DNA of 64,000 nucleotides from Clostridiaceae bacterium (lineage in GTDB: Bacteria > Bacillota > Clostridia > Saccharofermentanales > DTU023), in the NCBI GenBank assembly GCA_012799825.1, contig JAAZKK010000023.1:3953-67952 (forward strand), read 5' to 3'. Shown piece after piece: positions 16,465-25,942 of the stretch. The translations under genes were made by a program, and so were the position numbers. Position 1 is the stretch's first letter. Each line of letters begins with the position of its first letter. The notes beneath the pieces are model-generated. The model did not search any database and was not told where the DNA came from. It saw only the letters and a list, made by a program, of their open reading frames with translations.

Positions 16465-17856
16465 TTACCGCATGAATTTTGATTTGTCGTCCAGGTTTTT
16501 CTTGAAAAAAGTGCGGTAAAGTGCCGACACGGCGCGCGTTTTGTCGTGAGCCCGTACCATAAATATTAAGCTGATTTCGAAATAGTCCAAGATAACCGTC
16601 TCGATATTGATACGTTCCTCAGCGAGTGCGCAGGTTGCCTCTGCCAGTACGTCGATGTTGTCGCGTATGCCTTCGCCGACCATCATGATGATGGCAAGAC
16701 CGCGTGTCACAATGACATCGCTGATATCGAGTTCTTCTTTGAGACGTTCACGGATCCTTTGTTCTTTCTCAAGTGTCAGATCTTCATCGCGCACGATGAT
16801 GCTCACGGAGTCTATTCCGGTGGGGACGTGATGGACGTTGATCGATTCATCTACGAAAAAGCGAAGAATGCGGTAAAGGATGCCGATCTCCTGATTGATG
16901 AGGACGCGGCGAAGACTTAACGCTACGAATTGGTCCGATGCGGCGATGCCAGTGATGGCGCGCTCAATATGCGTGCGCTCCGGAATAACCTTCGTGCCTG
17001 GAGCGGTAGGATTATTTGTGTTGCGGATGTGAACGGGAATGCTTTGTTCGATTACGGGTTCAAGTGCCTCGGGATGCAATATGGAAAAACCCATGTATGC
17101 CAGTTCGCGCATTTCGCGGTAACTGATTTCCAAGATGGGTGCTGTCGGCTCAATGATCTCCGGATTGACGGAGAATACGCTGTCACGATCCGTCCAGTTT
17201 TCGTATAATTTCGCGCCGGTCGCTTTTGCCAATACGGATCCGGTGATGTCAGAGCCGCCGCGTGAGAACAACACCGTACGCCCTTGTTCGTCAATGCCGA
17301 AAAAACCGGGGACGCACAGGATTTCTTCCGTCCACTTAAGATGTTCGAGATGAAGATACGTTTGAGGGAGGATGGACATTCTGCTATCGGATGAGGAGAC
17401 GAGGAGTCCCGCTTTTCTGGGATCGACCATGCGAGCCGGTATGCCCATGCTCCGAAGACAGGCGGTGGCGATGGTGGCGGATGCTATCTCTCCTGCCGCG
17501 ATGAGGTCTGCACGCGTCCAAGGTTTTTTGATATCCACGTTTTGCGCGAGTGTCATGATATCGTCGATCAATTGATCGGGCAATGTATCGGGAAGAGAAA
17601 GTCCGGTGCAGATAGAGCGAATCTGCTCATCGATCGCGTTTACGATGTCGGTGTCGACATGGCCTTCTTTTTCTATAGTATCGGCAAGGCCGATCAGTCG
17701 ATCCGTCAGCTTAATATCACCCGGAACGGATGAACGTTTGCCTGGGGCGGAGACGATCATGATTTTCCTTCTCGGATTGTCGCGCATAATGGCGCAGACT
17801 TTTTGAAATTGTGAGGCATCTGATAGTGACGATCCTCCGAATTTACAAACAATCAC
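16465..17856 (-). CDS. Aspartate kinase
   Basis: It has the N-terminal VCKFGGSSL motif, an amino-acid-kinase fold, and a C-terminal ACT-like region. I prefer the GTG start at 17856, which overlaps the upstream stop as GTGA and has an aaagga RBS. The longest ORF (to 17919) would overlap the upstream gene by 67 nt. Confidence 0.85.
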   Translation of the reverse strand: MIVCKFGGSSLSDASQFQKVCAIMRDNPRRKIMIVSAPGKRSSVPGDIKLTDRLIGLADTIEKEGHVDTDIVNAIDEQIRSICTGLSLPDTLPDQLIDDIMTLAQNVDIKKPWTRADLIAAGEIASATIATACLRSMGIPARMVDPRKAGLLVSSSDSRMSILPQTYLHLEHLKWTEEILCVPGFFGIDEQGRTVLFSRGGSDITGSVLAKATGAKLYENWTDRDSVFSVNPEIIEPTAPILEISYREMRELAYMGFSILHPEALEPVIEQSIPVHIRNTNNPTAPGTKVIPERTHIERAITGIAASDQFVALSLRRVLINQEIGILYRILRFFVDESINVHHVPTGIDSVSIIVRDEDLTLEKEQRIRERLKEELDISDVIVTRGLAIIMMVGEGIRDNIDVLAEATCALAEERINIETVILDYFEISLIFMVRAHDKTRAVSALYRTFFKKNLDDKSKFMR

Positions 17857-18467
17857 AAAGTTTGTCCTTTCTCTTTCAGGATTTTCCAATGGCGGTATCC
17901 GCCAAGCAGGATTAAGCATTTTTCGATATGGCGTTTCAGACGAATCTGAATAATTTCATGCTTTGCTCGCTGTTTTGTCAGGATAATATTCATTCCCAAG
18001 CGGCGGGCGCACAGGACATCTGTCAGGAGCTGATCGCCTACCATCAAGATCTCGTGCGGTTGCCAATTGTTTTCCGCGATGTAGGATTGGATGATAGCTG
18101 TCGAAGGCTTTTTTGCTTTAGGTATACAATCTGAAGGAACCGACGCGGCAAACGCGAGCGCGCGTTCAGACTCGGCATTAGAGACGATAACAGGCGTAAG
18201 TCCGGCCTCACGAATGCGGGCGACAAGTTGCTTCGTGTAAGTATCGGCTTGGTGCGATCCGTCGATAGCAAGCGTGTTGTCAAGGTCAAGAAACACGGCG
18301 CGTATCCCCGCGTCGCGTAATTTTTCATACGGGATGACATCCGGCGAGGCAACGATCGCGTCGGGGAAAAAAGAAGCGCGAACGCGCGCTCTTCCTTTTG
18401 GGGCAGCGCTATTCCCTGAAAAATGGTTTGCTCTCGAAGTCGTCGTCATCCTGCTGTTGTCACACAT
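17853..18467 (-). CDS. YqeG-type HAD-IIIA family phosphatase
   Basis: HAD motifs are present: FLDLDNTL, VSNA, KAKKPS and MVGDQLLTDVLCARRLGM. The exact start is uncertain (Met1 or Met7). Confidence 0.75.
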   Translation of the reverse strand: MCDNSRMTTTSRANHFSGNSAAPKGRARVRASFFPDAIVASPDVIPYEKLRDAGIRAVFLDLDNTLAIDGSHQADTYTKQLVARIREAGLTPVIVSNAESERALAFAASVPSDCIPKAKKPSTAIIQSYIAENNWQPHEILMVGDQLLTDVLCARRLGMNIILTKQRAKHEIIQIRLKRHIEKCLILLGGYRHWKILKEKGQTL

Positions 18468-18768
18468 CTTTATTGTTCTTTCCGCAATATTTACTCTTTT
18501 CCGTCTACTTTACCAGAAAAAGAATATACTCGTTTTAAAATGCGTTTTCGTTCGCCAAAGAAGCCCTGTCTTTTTGTCTTACGAATGGCAACGCTATGCC
18601 GTGATTCGAGAATATCTATCTAAATGTATCATCTGAAAAGCGGTGTCGCGATTTTGCAAGACAGCACATCATGTGACAGCTTTTACTTGCGGCATTCGGC
18701 GCATTGTCATAATATACGAAGTACAAGTTTACCTAAAATAAAGTTTCATACTGAACACGGAGGTATGT

Positions 18769-19326
18769 ATGATCAGTGCGGGCGATTTTCGAAATGGAAC
18801 AACTTTTGTGATGGACGGACAACCTTGTCAGGTTGTCGAGTTCCAACATGTGAAACCGGGGAAAGGCTCAGCGTTTGTCCGCGTTAAATACAAGAATTTG
18901 GAGACGGGCAGTGTCGTTCAAACGACTTTTAACCCTTCCGACAAATATGATCCGGTGTCCCTTTCCCGACGCGATATGGCGTACATATTCAAGGACGAGA
19001 ATCTCTACTATTTTATGGATCAGGAAACGTATGAGCAGATCCCTATCGGTGCCGACATGCTGGAAGAAGGTCTACCCTTCCTCAAAGAGGGTATGGTGGT
19101 ACGTGTGATGTTCTGGGAAGGGAAGATCCTTCAGGTGGAGTTGCCGAACATCGTGGAGCTGAAGATCACTGAATGTGAGCCGGCTGTCCGCGGCGACACG
19201 GCACAGAACGCTACAAAAAATGCTGTTCTGGAAACGGGTGCGGAGATTCGCGTGCCGCTGTTTATTAACCAAGGCGAAGTCGTGCGCATTGACACGCGTA
19301 CGGGAGCTTATCTGGAGCGCGCCTGA
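18769..19326 (+). CDS. efp: Elongation factor P
   Basis: The 185-aa protein begins MISAGDFRNGTTF and contains VKPGKGSAFVRVKYKNLETG and a C-terminal OB domain. A ggagg RBS lies upstream. Confidence 0.95.
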   Translation: MISAGDFRNGTTFVMDGQPCQVVEFQHVKPGKGSAFVRVKYKNLETGSVVQTTFNPSDKYDPVSLSRRDMAYIFKDENLYYFMDQETYEQIPIGADMLEEGLPFLKEGMVVRVMFWEGKILQVELPNIVELKITECEPAVRGDTAQNATKNAVLETGAEIRVPLFINQGEVVRIDTRTGAYLERA

Positions 19327-19373
19327 CCATGGATCATCACGGCAGGACGTATTCGATTAAAGGTGAGCGCGCG

Positions 19374-19760
19374 ATGTCGCAAGGTTTTATCGCGCAATAC
19401 GCCGCCAAAGCCGCCGTCCATACGGAGGGTGTTTGCTCATTGAATACGGGCATCGTGACGAGCATTAAAGAAGCGATCGGTCTCGAGCACGAAGGGCACG
19501 GAGTACGTGTGGTTTTTAGAGGTGATGATTCGGACGATGTTATCATCACCGTGTATATAGACGTACGGTTCGGCTATGTCATGCCGGAAGTGGCGTGGTC
19601 GGTACAAGAACGCGTTAAAAAGGACGTGGAACGTTATACCGGACTCAATGTCGACGCGGTCAATGTTCACGTCATGCGCGTGCTGGAGGATAAGACAAAA
19701 GGTGAAAGCCGCGATGCCGAAGAGGCTGTCGGTGACGTAACCGGGGAGGTGCGGCAGTGA
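19374..19760 (+). CDS. Asp23/Gls24 family envelope stress protein
   Basis: It shows the Asp23 pattern (IAQYAAKAAVHTEGV.. ; VQERVKKDVERYTGLNVDAVNVHV). I prefer the start at MSQGF (19374). Confidence 0.8.
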   Translation: MSQGFIAQYAAKAAVHTEGVCSLNTGIVTSIKEAIGLEHEGHGVRVVFRGDDSDDVIITVYIDVRFGYVMPEVAWSVQERVKKDVERYTGLNVDAVNVHVMRVLEDKTKGESRDAEEAVGDVTGEVRQ

Positions 19761-20308
19761 ACCGCTGGACACGATTTATACTCATTGTTTTTTCTTTTAT
19801 CCTCGCGGTCGTTTTTCTGCTGTCGCTTTCGATGATCGCGAGCAACAGAATCTTAGAAGGCGTCGTGACGCTGATCGTGGACATCGTACAGAGGCAACCT
19901 GCGCGCACGATTGCGCTGGTGGTAGGAATCGTCGGTCTTTTGATCACGGTGATCACACTGGTTTTGACGATTCTGTCAGGACGTTTGCGTCGGACTCGCG
20001 TTCGTGAGAACGAAATCGGTCAAATTGAAATCGGCGTCGAGGCGATTGAAAGCATTGCTCTGAACGCGGCAAAAGCGTCGCAATCTGGTGTAAAATCTTC
20101 CAGAGCTCGTGTTTCACCGTATAAGGATGGGAAACTTTCGATTCTTCTTGTCATTCAGGTGTATCCCAATGTCGAGATTCCTATCATGATGGCGCGTGTC
20201 CAAGATCGCGTTAAGAAGGATGTAGAAAAATATACCGGCATCGAAGTCGGTCAAGTGCGTGTCCGTGTGCATCGTGTCGAGGCGATTTCGCCGCGTGTGG
20301 AGCGCTAA
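19757..20308 (+). CDS. AmaP-like membrane anchor protein with Asp23-like domain
   Basis: Two N-terminal TM segments are followed by an Asp23-like C-terminus (VQDRVKKDVEKYTGIEVGQVRVRVHRV). It overlaps the upstream Asp23 gene by 4 nt. Confidence 0.6.
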   Translation: MNRWTRFILIVFSFILAVVFLLSLSMIASNRILEGVVTLIVDIVQRQPARTIALVVGIVGLLITVITLVLTILSGRLRRTRVRENEIGQIEIGVEAIESIALNAAKASQSGVKSSRARVSPYKDGKLSILLVIQVYPNVEIPIMMARVQDRVKKDVEKYTGIEVGQVRVRVHRVEAISPRVER

Positions 20309-20313
20309 CTTTC

Positions 20314-20556
20314 ATGGCTCTTTTTGACAACAAGCCGCCGCGACAGGATGACCGTCCTAACCTTACACCGGGCGTGATAGGAGCCATCATCGGTTTTTGT
20401 TTTGCGTTGCTTTGGGTCATTTTTGGCATTTGGAAACTCCTTTTTATTCTGATTCTCGCGGCGCTAGGTTACTACATCGGTTATCGCTTTTTCAGCGACA
20501 GGGAGTCGATACGCAAGTTGATCGATAAACTCTTTCCTCCGGGCAAGTTCCGCTGA
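20314..20556 (+). CDS. Small integral membrane protein (DUF2273-like, Asp23 operon member)
   Basis: This 80-aa protein has two TM helices. It sits where DUF2273 usually follows Asp23/AmaP genes in Firmicutes. Confidence 0.6.
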   Translation: MALFDNKPPRQDDRPNLTPGVIGAIIGFCFALLWVIFGIWKLLFILILAALGYYIGYRFFSDRESIRKLIDKLFPPGKFR

Positions 20557-20570
20557 AAGGTGGTTCGTTC

Positions 20571-21044
20571 ATGAGTCGTCATCATGCGCGCAAACAGGCG
20601 TTGTCGCTTTTATATCAGCTGGCCATTCGTCCGGATAGGGAGGAAGAGCAGCGTCAGCGATTCATCGAGGAATACCCGATCGAACCCGAAGATGACGCGC
20701 TATATTTTAATCGTCTGGTCGACGGCGTTCTTGAACATCAGGACGATATTCGATCGATTATCTCAAAATACCTTCGCGGCTGGACGCTCGATCGCCAAGA
20801 GATTATTGATGTTGCGATTTTGAGCATCGGCGTTTTTGAGCTTTTATTCGACGCTGAGGTGCCGACGGAAATTGCCATCTCCGAGGCTGTCATTCTCGCA
20901 GACACCTATGGCACTGACCAATCGCGCCCATTTGTCAACGCCGTGCTGGGCAATGTCGATCGATTTGAGAAAAAACGTGTGCCTCAACACGGTGAGGTCA
21001 AATCCGGCAAGATACGACAACGAAGTGAGGAAGCGCATGGGTGA
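20571..21044 (+). CDS. nusB: Transcription antitermination factor NusB
   Basis: It shows the NusB pattern (ARKQALSLLYQ.., W.LDRQEIIDVAILSIGVFELLF.., PFVNAVLG). A ~25-aa basic C-terminal extension is present. Confidence 0.9.
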   Translation: MSRHHARKQALSLLYQLAIRPDREEEQRQRFIEEYPIEPEDDALYFNRLVDGVLEHQDDIRSIISKYLRGWTLDRQEIIDVAILSIGVFELLFDAEVPTEIAISEAVILADTYGTDQSRPFVNAVLGNVDRFEKKRVPQHGEVKSGKIRQRSEEAHG

Positions 21045-22332
21045 GCCGCTTTCTGTTCTTGAGTTCAATACACGTATAAATCAGCTTTTTCGATCTGATC
21101 CAAACCTTTCTCGAGTGGCGGTGCGCGGCGAGATATCAGGCTATAAACGCTATCCTTCCGGCCATGCCTATTTCACATTGAAAGATAAAGAGGCCGCCGT
21201 GTCCTGCGTGTTGTTTCGAAGCAGGTCGGCTTACGCACCTGCGCGCATAACGGAGGGCATGAAGGTCGTCATTCAGGGCGCGCCCAACGTCTACGACAAG
21301 ACGGGGCGTTTTCAGCTCGTTGCTGAGTCTATCCGTGAGGAGAAGGGCGTCGGCGATCTGTATCGTCAATTTTTAGAGTTAAAAGACAAACTGGAGAAGG
21401 AAGGCCTTTTTGCTCAATCGAGAAAAAAACCGATCCCTTTTATTCCGAAACGCGTGGTCGCGGTGACATCGTCTCAAGGCGCCGTCATTCGCGATATGAT
21501 TCATGTCATACAGCGTCGTTTTCCAGGCATGCGTCTGATTTTAGTCGAAACACCCGTTCAAGGGGCGGGCGCGGAGCACGTGATCGCTTCTGCCATTGAA
21601 ACGGTCAACCGCCTTCGTTTAGGCGACGTGATCATTGTGGGGCGCGGCGGAGGCTCTTTGGGAGACTTGCAGCCATTTAATGAAGAGGTCACGGCTCGTG
21701 CGATTGCCGCATCGTCCATTCCTGTCATTTCGGCCGTCGGCCACGAGACTGACTACACGATCGCGGATTTTGTCGCCGATTTGCGTGCGCCGACGCCATC
21801 TGCCGCAGCAGAACTTGCTGTGCCGGTCAAATCGGAATTGCTTCAACGTTTGGATGAACGAGCGGCGGAGCTTGAGCAGGCGATGTTCAACCGGCTTCTT
21901 GTTGAGGAACGACATGTCACGTCGCTTGCCAATCGACCGGTATTGCAAAACCCTTGTGCTGTCGTCGATCGTCATGCTTTGCGACTGGACTATCTTTCGC
22001 GCGAACTTAGTCACGCATATGAAAAGCGTTTTACGCGGGAAAATCATATGGTGGAGCGTTTGTGCCGTCGACTCAAAGAAAGTGTTCGACAATACCTCAG
22101 TAGGGTTTTCTATCAACACACGGCGCTTCGCCGGGCGCTTGAAGCACTTTCGCCTTACGCGATTCTTTCCAGAGGATATGCTGTTTTAAAAAAGAAGGAC
22201 GGGGACTGGGTGACACGTGCAGCCGCCCTGCATACAAAAGACGCTGTCGAAGCGCTTTTCAGTGACGGATCTGTAGAACTTGAGGTGACGCGACCTCTCC
22301 CCGAAGGGAATATGGGGAACGATACGCCTTAG
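21037..22332 (+). CDS. xseA: Exodeoxyribonuclease VII large subunit
   Basis: It has an N-terminal OB fold (LSVLEFNTRINQLF.., GEISGYKRYPSGHAYFTLKD) followed by GRGGGSLGDL. The start at 21037 has a gaggaa RBS and overlaps the nusB stop. The longer listed ORF (20836) runs inside nusB. Confidence 0.92.
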   Translation: MGEPLSVLEFNTRINQLFRSDPNLSRVAVRGEISGYKRYPSGHAYFTLKDKEAAVSCVLFRSRSAYAPARITEGMKVVIQGAPNVYDKTGRFQLVAESIREEKGVGDLYRQFLELKDKLEKEGLFAQSRKKPIPFIPKRVVAVTSSQGAVIRDMIHVIQRRFPGMRLILVETPVQGAGAEHVIASAIETVNRLRLGDVIIVGRGGGSLGDLQPFNEEVTARAIAASSIPVISAVGHETDYTIADFVADLRAPTPSAAAELAVPVKSELLQRLDERAAELEQAMFNRLLVEERHVTSLANRPVLQNPCAVVDRHALRLDYLSRELSHAYEKRFTRENHMVERLCRRLKESVRQYLSRVFYQHTALRRALEALSPYAILSRGYAVLKKKDGDWVTRAAALHTKDAVEALFSDGSVELEVTRPLPEGNMGNDTP

Positions 22333-22468
22333 TCACTCACCGGTTTAGGCGCAGGGCTTGAAAAGGACGTGCCCGCGCATTAAGTTGCGAAGATTTGGGG
22401 AACAATACGGATTTGAAAAGCAAATGCGGGTAGTGAAGCGGTACGCCCGTTACAGAAAGGAAAACATA

Positions 22469-22762
22469 ATGACTTCAGGAAAGAAATCATCCAACGATCG
22501 TGTTATAGATGAACCAATAGTACAGGACACGTCGGAGCAGGCGGATTTTTCGTATGAAGAATCCGTCAAACGACTTGAAGAGATCGTGACTCTTCTCGAA
22601 CGAGGCGACGCGCCGCTCGAGCAATCGATGACACTTTTTCGCGAAGGCATCGCACTCGCGGATCAATGCGCCAAAACGCTCCAAGCGATGAAAGAGGAGT
22701 TGACGGCATTGGTTGGTGAAGACGGCCGTGAAGTGCCGCTGGATATTATGGAGAATGCCTAA
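22469..22762 (+). CDS. xseB: Exodeoxyribonuclease VII small subunit
   Basis: The segment FSYEESVKRLEEIVTLLERGDAPLEQSMTLFREGIALADQC is the typical XseB helix-hairpin. A gaaagga RBS lies before the ATG at 22469. Confidence 0.9.
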   Translation: MTSGKKSSNDRVIDEPIVQDTSEQADFSYEESVKRLEEIVTLLERGDAPLEQSMTLFREGIALADQCAKTLQAMKEELTALVGEDGREVPLDIMENA

Positions 22763-23728
22763 TTGATGAGATCCGACATGAAGTATAAAATTGAAGACGA
22801 ATTTGTTGAGTTTGAGCGCGCTCTGACGCGTTTTCTCACACCGGAGCACCGAAAGGACGATCCTGTTTGGCTGGCCGCGCGCTACAGTACGCTATCCGGT
22901 GGCAAACGCGTGCGCCCGCGCCTGCTGTTCATGACGTGCCGTCTTTTCAGCGACAATCTTCCGCCGGAAACGATGGCTTTCGCGGCAGCGATTGAGATGA
23001 TTCATACGTATTCTCTGATTCATGACGATTTGCCGGCCATGGATGACGATGATTTTCGTCGCGGCCAACCGGCATGTCACCGACAATTCGGAGAGGCTAC
23101 GGCGATTCTTGCCGGCGATCTTCTGTTAAATCGCGCTTTTGAGACGGCGTCCGCAAGTTGTATAGAAAGCGGTCGACCTGAGGCGATATCGGCGTTTTGG
23201 TGGATGGCGACGATGGCGGGCGGAGAAGGAATGATTCTCGGTCAATCGCTCGATCTTGCGATGGATGGGCGCCACCGCGAAGGGGAGATGAGAAGATACA
23301 CGTCTTCCGCCACGGTGTCGGAAAAAGATGATATAACGTCCATCGAACTGGTGCGGGAAATGGTCGCTCTGAAAACGGGGTGTCTGATCCGTGCCGCCGT
23401 GGGTGCCGGCGCTCGCCTTTCCGGTGCGTCTTCCGATGACATGACGCGTCTGGATCAATTTGCCTCGTCGCTTGGACTGTTATTTCAGATTCGCGATGAC
23501 ATCCTAGATGTCATTTCCGATCGTGAAATGCTCGGCAAGACGATCGGCAAGGATGCGCGCGACCAAAAGAAAACGTACGTGACGGTTTTGGGCGAAGAGC
23601 AAGCGCGACAGGCGCTCGATGAGGTGACGCGCGATGCGGAAGAAGTCTTGGACGCGCTTGAAGCTGAGGGGCACAAGACAGATGAACTTCGCGACTATAC
23701 GAGGGATCTTACAAACCGGATAACTTGA
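22763..23728 (+). CDS. ispA: Polyprenyl (farnesyl/geranylgeranyl) diphosphate synthase
   Basis: The first DDxxD motif is LIHDDLPAMDDDDFRRG and the second is FQIRDDILD. About 20 extra residues lie between GQSLDL and KTG. The exact start is uncertain (22763-22778). Confidence 0.88.
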   Translation: MMRSDMKYKIEDEFVEFERALTRFLTPEHRKDDPVWLAARYSTLSGGKRVRPRLLFMTCRLFSDNLPPETMAFAAAIEMIHTYSLIHDDLPAMDDDDFRRGQPACHRQFGEATAILAGDLLLNRAFETASASCIESGRPEAISAFWWMATMAGGEGMILGQSLDLAMDGRHREGEMRRYTSSATVSEKDDITSIELVREMVALKTGCLIRAAVGAGARLSGASSDDMTRLDQFASSLGLLFQIRDDILDVISDREMLGKTIGKDARDQKKTYVTVLGEEQARQALDEVTRDAEEVLDALEAEGHKTDELRDYTRDLTNRIT

Positions 23729-23824
23729 GTGTTGCCGGACTGACATCAACTGTTTTTCGGCAAGGCTTGAATAATAGATGGACTTTTGTCTTAAGCTTGC
23801 CATGAGAAGAAAGGGTAACGACGA

Positions 23825-25930
23825 GTGCAGCAGGATACGCTTCTCTCATCATTGAAATCTGTAGACGATATTGCTTCTTTATCGTACGACGATAAAGAGG
23901 TGTTGGCGGAAGATATTCGTTGCCAAATATTGGATACCGTTTCTAAAACGGGCGGACATTTGGCGCCCAATCTTGGCGTTGTCGAGCTTACGATCGCGCT
24001 ACTTTCCGTTTTTGATGTGCCGAAAGACACGATCGTCTTTGACGTCGGCCATCAGTGTTACGCCTGGAAAATATTGACCGGTCGCCTCGATGCGTTTTCA
24101 ACGCTTCGGCAAAAGGATGGTCTGTCCGGTTTTCCAAAACGCGAGGAGAGTCCGTATGACGCATTCAATACCGGACATTCGAGCACCTCGATCTCGGCTT
24201 GCGCGGGGATTGCCCGCGCGAAACGTTTGCGAGGTGATACGAGCCGTACTGTCGCGCTGATCGGAGACGGCGCGATTGAAAACGGATTGGCTCTTGAAGC
24301 GCTTTCGGATATTGGCGAGCACGAAGACAACGTATTGGTCATCTTGAATGACAATCAGATGTGTATTGATCGCGCTGCGGGAGGCATAGCGAATCATCTG
24401 GATCATCTTCGAACCTCAACGCGTTACTTGCGCATGAAACCGGTGTGGGAGAAGAGGCTCAATAAAATACCGCTTATAGGGCCTTCCATCGTGCGCCAAT
24501 TGGCTCGCTTGAAACGTCGCTGGCGCACATTTCATCGAGAAAGCGGCATTATTTTTGAACAACTCGGTTTTCGTTATTACGGACCTGTCGACGGCCACGA
24601 TTTGCGAGAACTGGAACGTCATCTGCAGGCTCTTTGTCTAGTGCGCGGACCGGTGTTGCTTCACGTTATCACGCAAAAAGGAAAAGGTTACGCGCCGGCA
24701 GAAGCGTGCCCGGAAGATTATCATGGTGTATCCGCCTTTGATCGGGAAGAAGGTGTAACATCCGGACGCACTGAGGATGCATTGAGTTTTTCCGAGGTGT
24801 TCGGAGATACGATGATGGATATCGCGGCAAAGCGTCATGAAGTGGCTGTGATTGTTGCTGCGATGACGCGAGGAACAGGTCTTTCGCTTTTTGCCGAGAC
24901 GTATCCCGATCGCTTCTGGGATGTCGGCATCGCGGAAGAACATGCTGTAACGATGGCTGCCGGAATGGCGACGGCGGGCATACGTCCGGTGGTTGCCCTT
25001 TACAGTACGTTCCTGCAACGCGCTTTTGATGAAATGTTGCACGATGTTTGTTTGCAAAATCTTCCTGTCATCTTTGCCGTCGATCGCGCGGGGCTTGTTG
25101 GTGGCGACGGAGCTACGCATCAAGGCCTTTATGACCTCGCATACGCGCTTACGCTTCCGAACCTCACGGTCTTTGCGCCTGCCACCGCGCCCGATTTGAG
25201 AAGAGCGCTTAAGTGGGCGGTCAAGCACGACGGACCGGTGCTGATCCGGTACCCGAAAAGCGCCGCGTCCTCAATTGACTTATCACAGACGGTCGATGTG
25301 GCAAGCGCGCGAAGGCAAACCATTGCTCTTAGACGCGAAGGTCGCGAAATAAGGTCAGCAGACGCTGCCGGCGTGCTGAAAAAAGGACATTTCGTCGCGT
25401 CGACGCCGTTTGATTTTTCAAGAGTGTTGACACAAACGAACGTTCGTCAAACCGATGTCAAAACATCCGTCGGAGAAGCCGACTCGCTTTTTACACTTCG
25501 TCGCGTATTTTCAGGAAGCGATCTTACCGTTGTCGCGTTGGGACCTTGTGTATTAGAAGCTCAGCAAGCGTGCCAACAACTCATGACGAGCAAATCTGCT
25601 TATACCGTTGAATTGTTTTCTTGTGTCTCAGCGATGCCGTTTGATTACCAAACTGTGATACACTCTATACATAAAACAAACAAACTGCTGATTATCGAAG
25701 ATAGTGTTGAACGCGGCGGATTTGGCTCAATGATCGCCGCGGAGCTTGCTAGATGCTGTCCCGGTTGTTTCGTTAATTATGCAGGTGTTACGCATCTCAC
25801 CCGAGGCGCAGCGTCGCGTGAAGAATTGATCACCTTGGAAAAGCTTGACGCGACGAGTTTGGAGAAACGTATGCGCCATCTCATCGAGATGGCAAATGAG
25901 GCCGAATCTCCGCTGTGCGCTTGGTCATGA
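23825..25930 (+). CDS. dxs: 1-deoxy-D-xylulose-5-phosphate synthase
   Basis: Dxs motifs are present: GGHLAPNLGVVELT, GHQCYAWKILTGR, GDGA..NG, GIAEEHAVT and DGATHQG. It has a GTG start and is 701 aa, with ~55 extra residues after IRYPK. Confidence 0.92.
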   Translation: MQQDTLLSSLKSVDDIASLSYDDKEVLAEDIRCQILDTVSKTGGHLAPNLGVVELTIALLSVFDVPKDTIVFDVGHQCYAWKILTGRLDAFSTLRQKDGLSGFPKREESPYDAFNTGHSSTSISACAGIARAKRLRGDTSRTVALIGDGAIENGLALEALSDIGEHEDNVLVILNDNQMCIDRAAGGIANHLDHLRTSTRYLRMKPVWEKRLNKIPLIGPSIVRQLARLKRRWRTFHRESGIIFEQLGFRYYGPVDGHDLRELERHLQALCLVRGPVLLHVITQKGKGYAPAEACPEDYHGVSAFDREEGVTSGRTEDALSFSEVFGDTMMDIAAKRHEVAVIVAAMTRGTGLSLFAETYPDRFWDVGIAEEHAVTMAAGMATAGIRPVVALYSTFLQRAFDEMLHDVCLQNLPVIFAVDRAGLVGGDGATHQGLYDLAYALTLPNLTVFAPATAPDLRRALKWAVKHDGPVLIRYPKSAASSIDLSQTVDVASARRQTIALRREGREIRSADAAGVLKKGHFVASTPFDFSRVLTQTNVRQTDVKTSVGEADSLFTLRRVFSGSDLTVVALGPCVLEAQQACQQLMTSKSAYTVELFSCVSAMPFDYQTVIHSIHKTNKLLIIEDSVERGGFGSMIAAELARCCPGCFVNYAGVTHLTRGAASREELITLEKLDATSLEKRMRHLIEMANEAESPLCAWS

Positions 25931-25942
25931 AGGGAGCCGATC

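Noticed and set aside
18274-18887. Several 60-120-aa ORFs lie in the divergent spacer between the YqeG-like gene and efp.
   Set aside because: They overlap one another and the 5' end of the YqeG-like gene. The region is better read as a divergent promoter region, for example TTGCGG-17-TAATAT at 18687-18715 upstream of efp.
20836-21036. These are long N-terminal extensions of the listed ORFs for xseA (from 20836). The same issue affects xseB (22358), hutH (28906), ylxM (50164), parC (12086), rimM (52671), cinA (37626) and the aspartokinase (17919).
   Set aside because: The extensions overlap the preceding gene and lack an RBS. The family-typical N-terminus begins at an internal start codon that does have an RBS.
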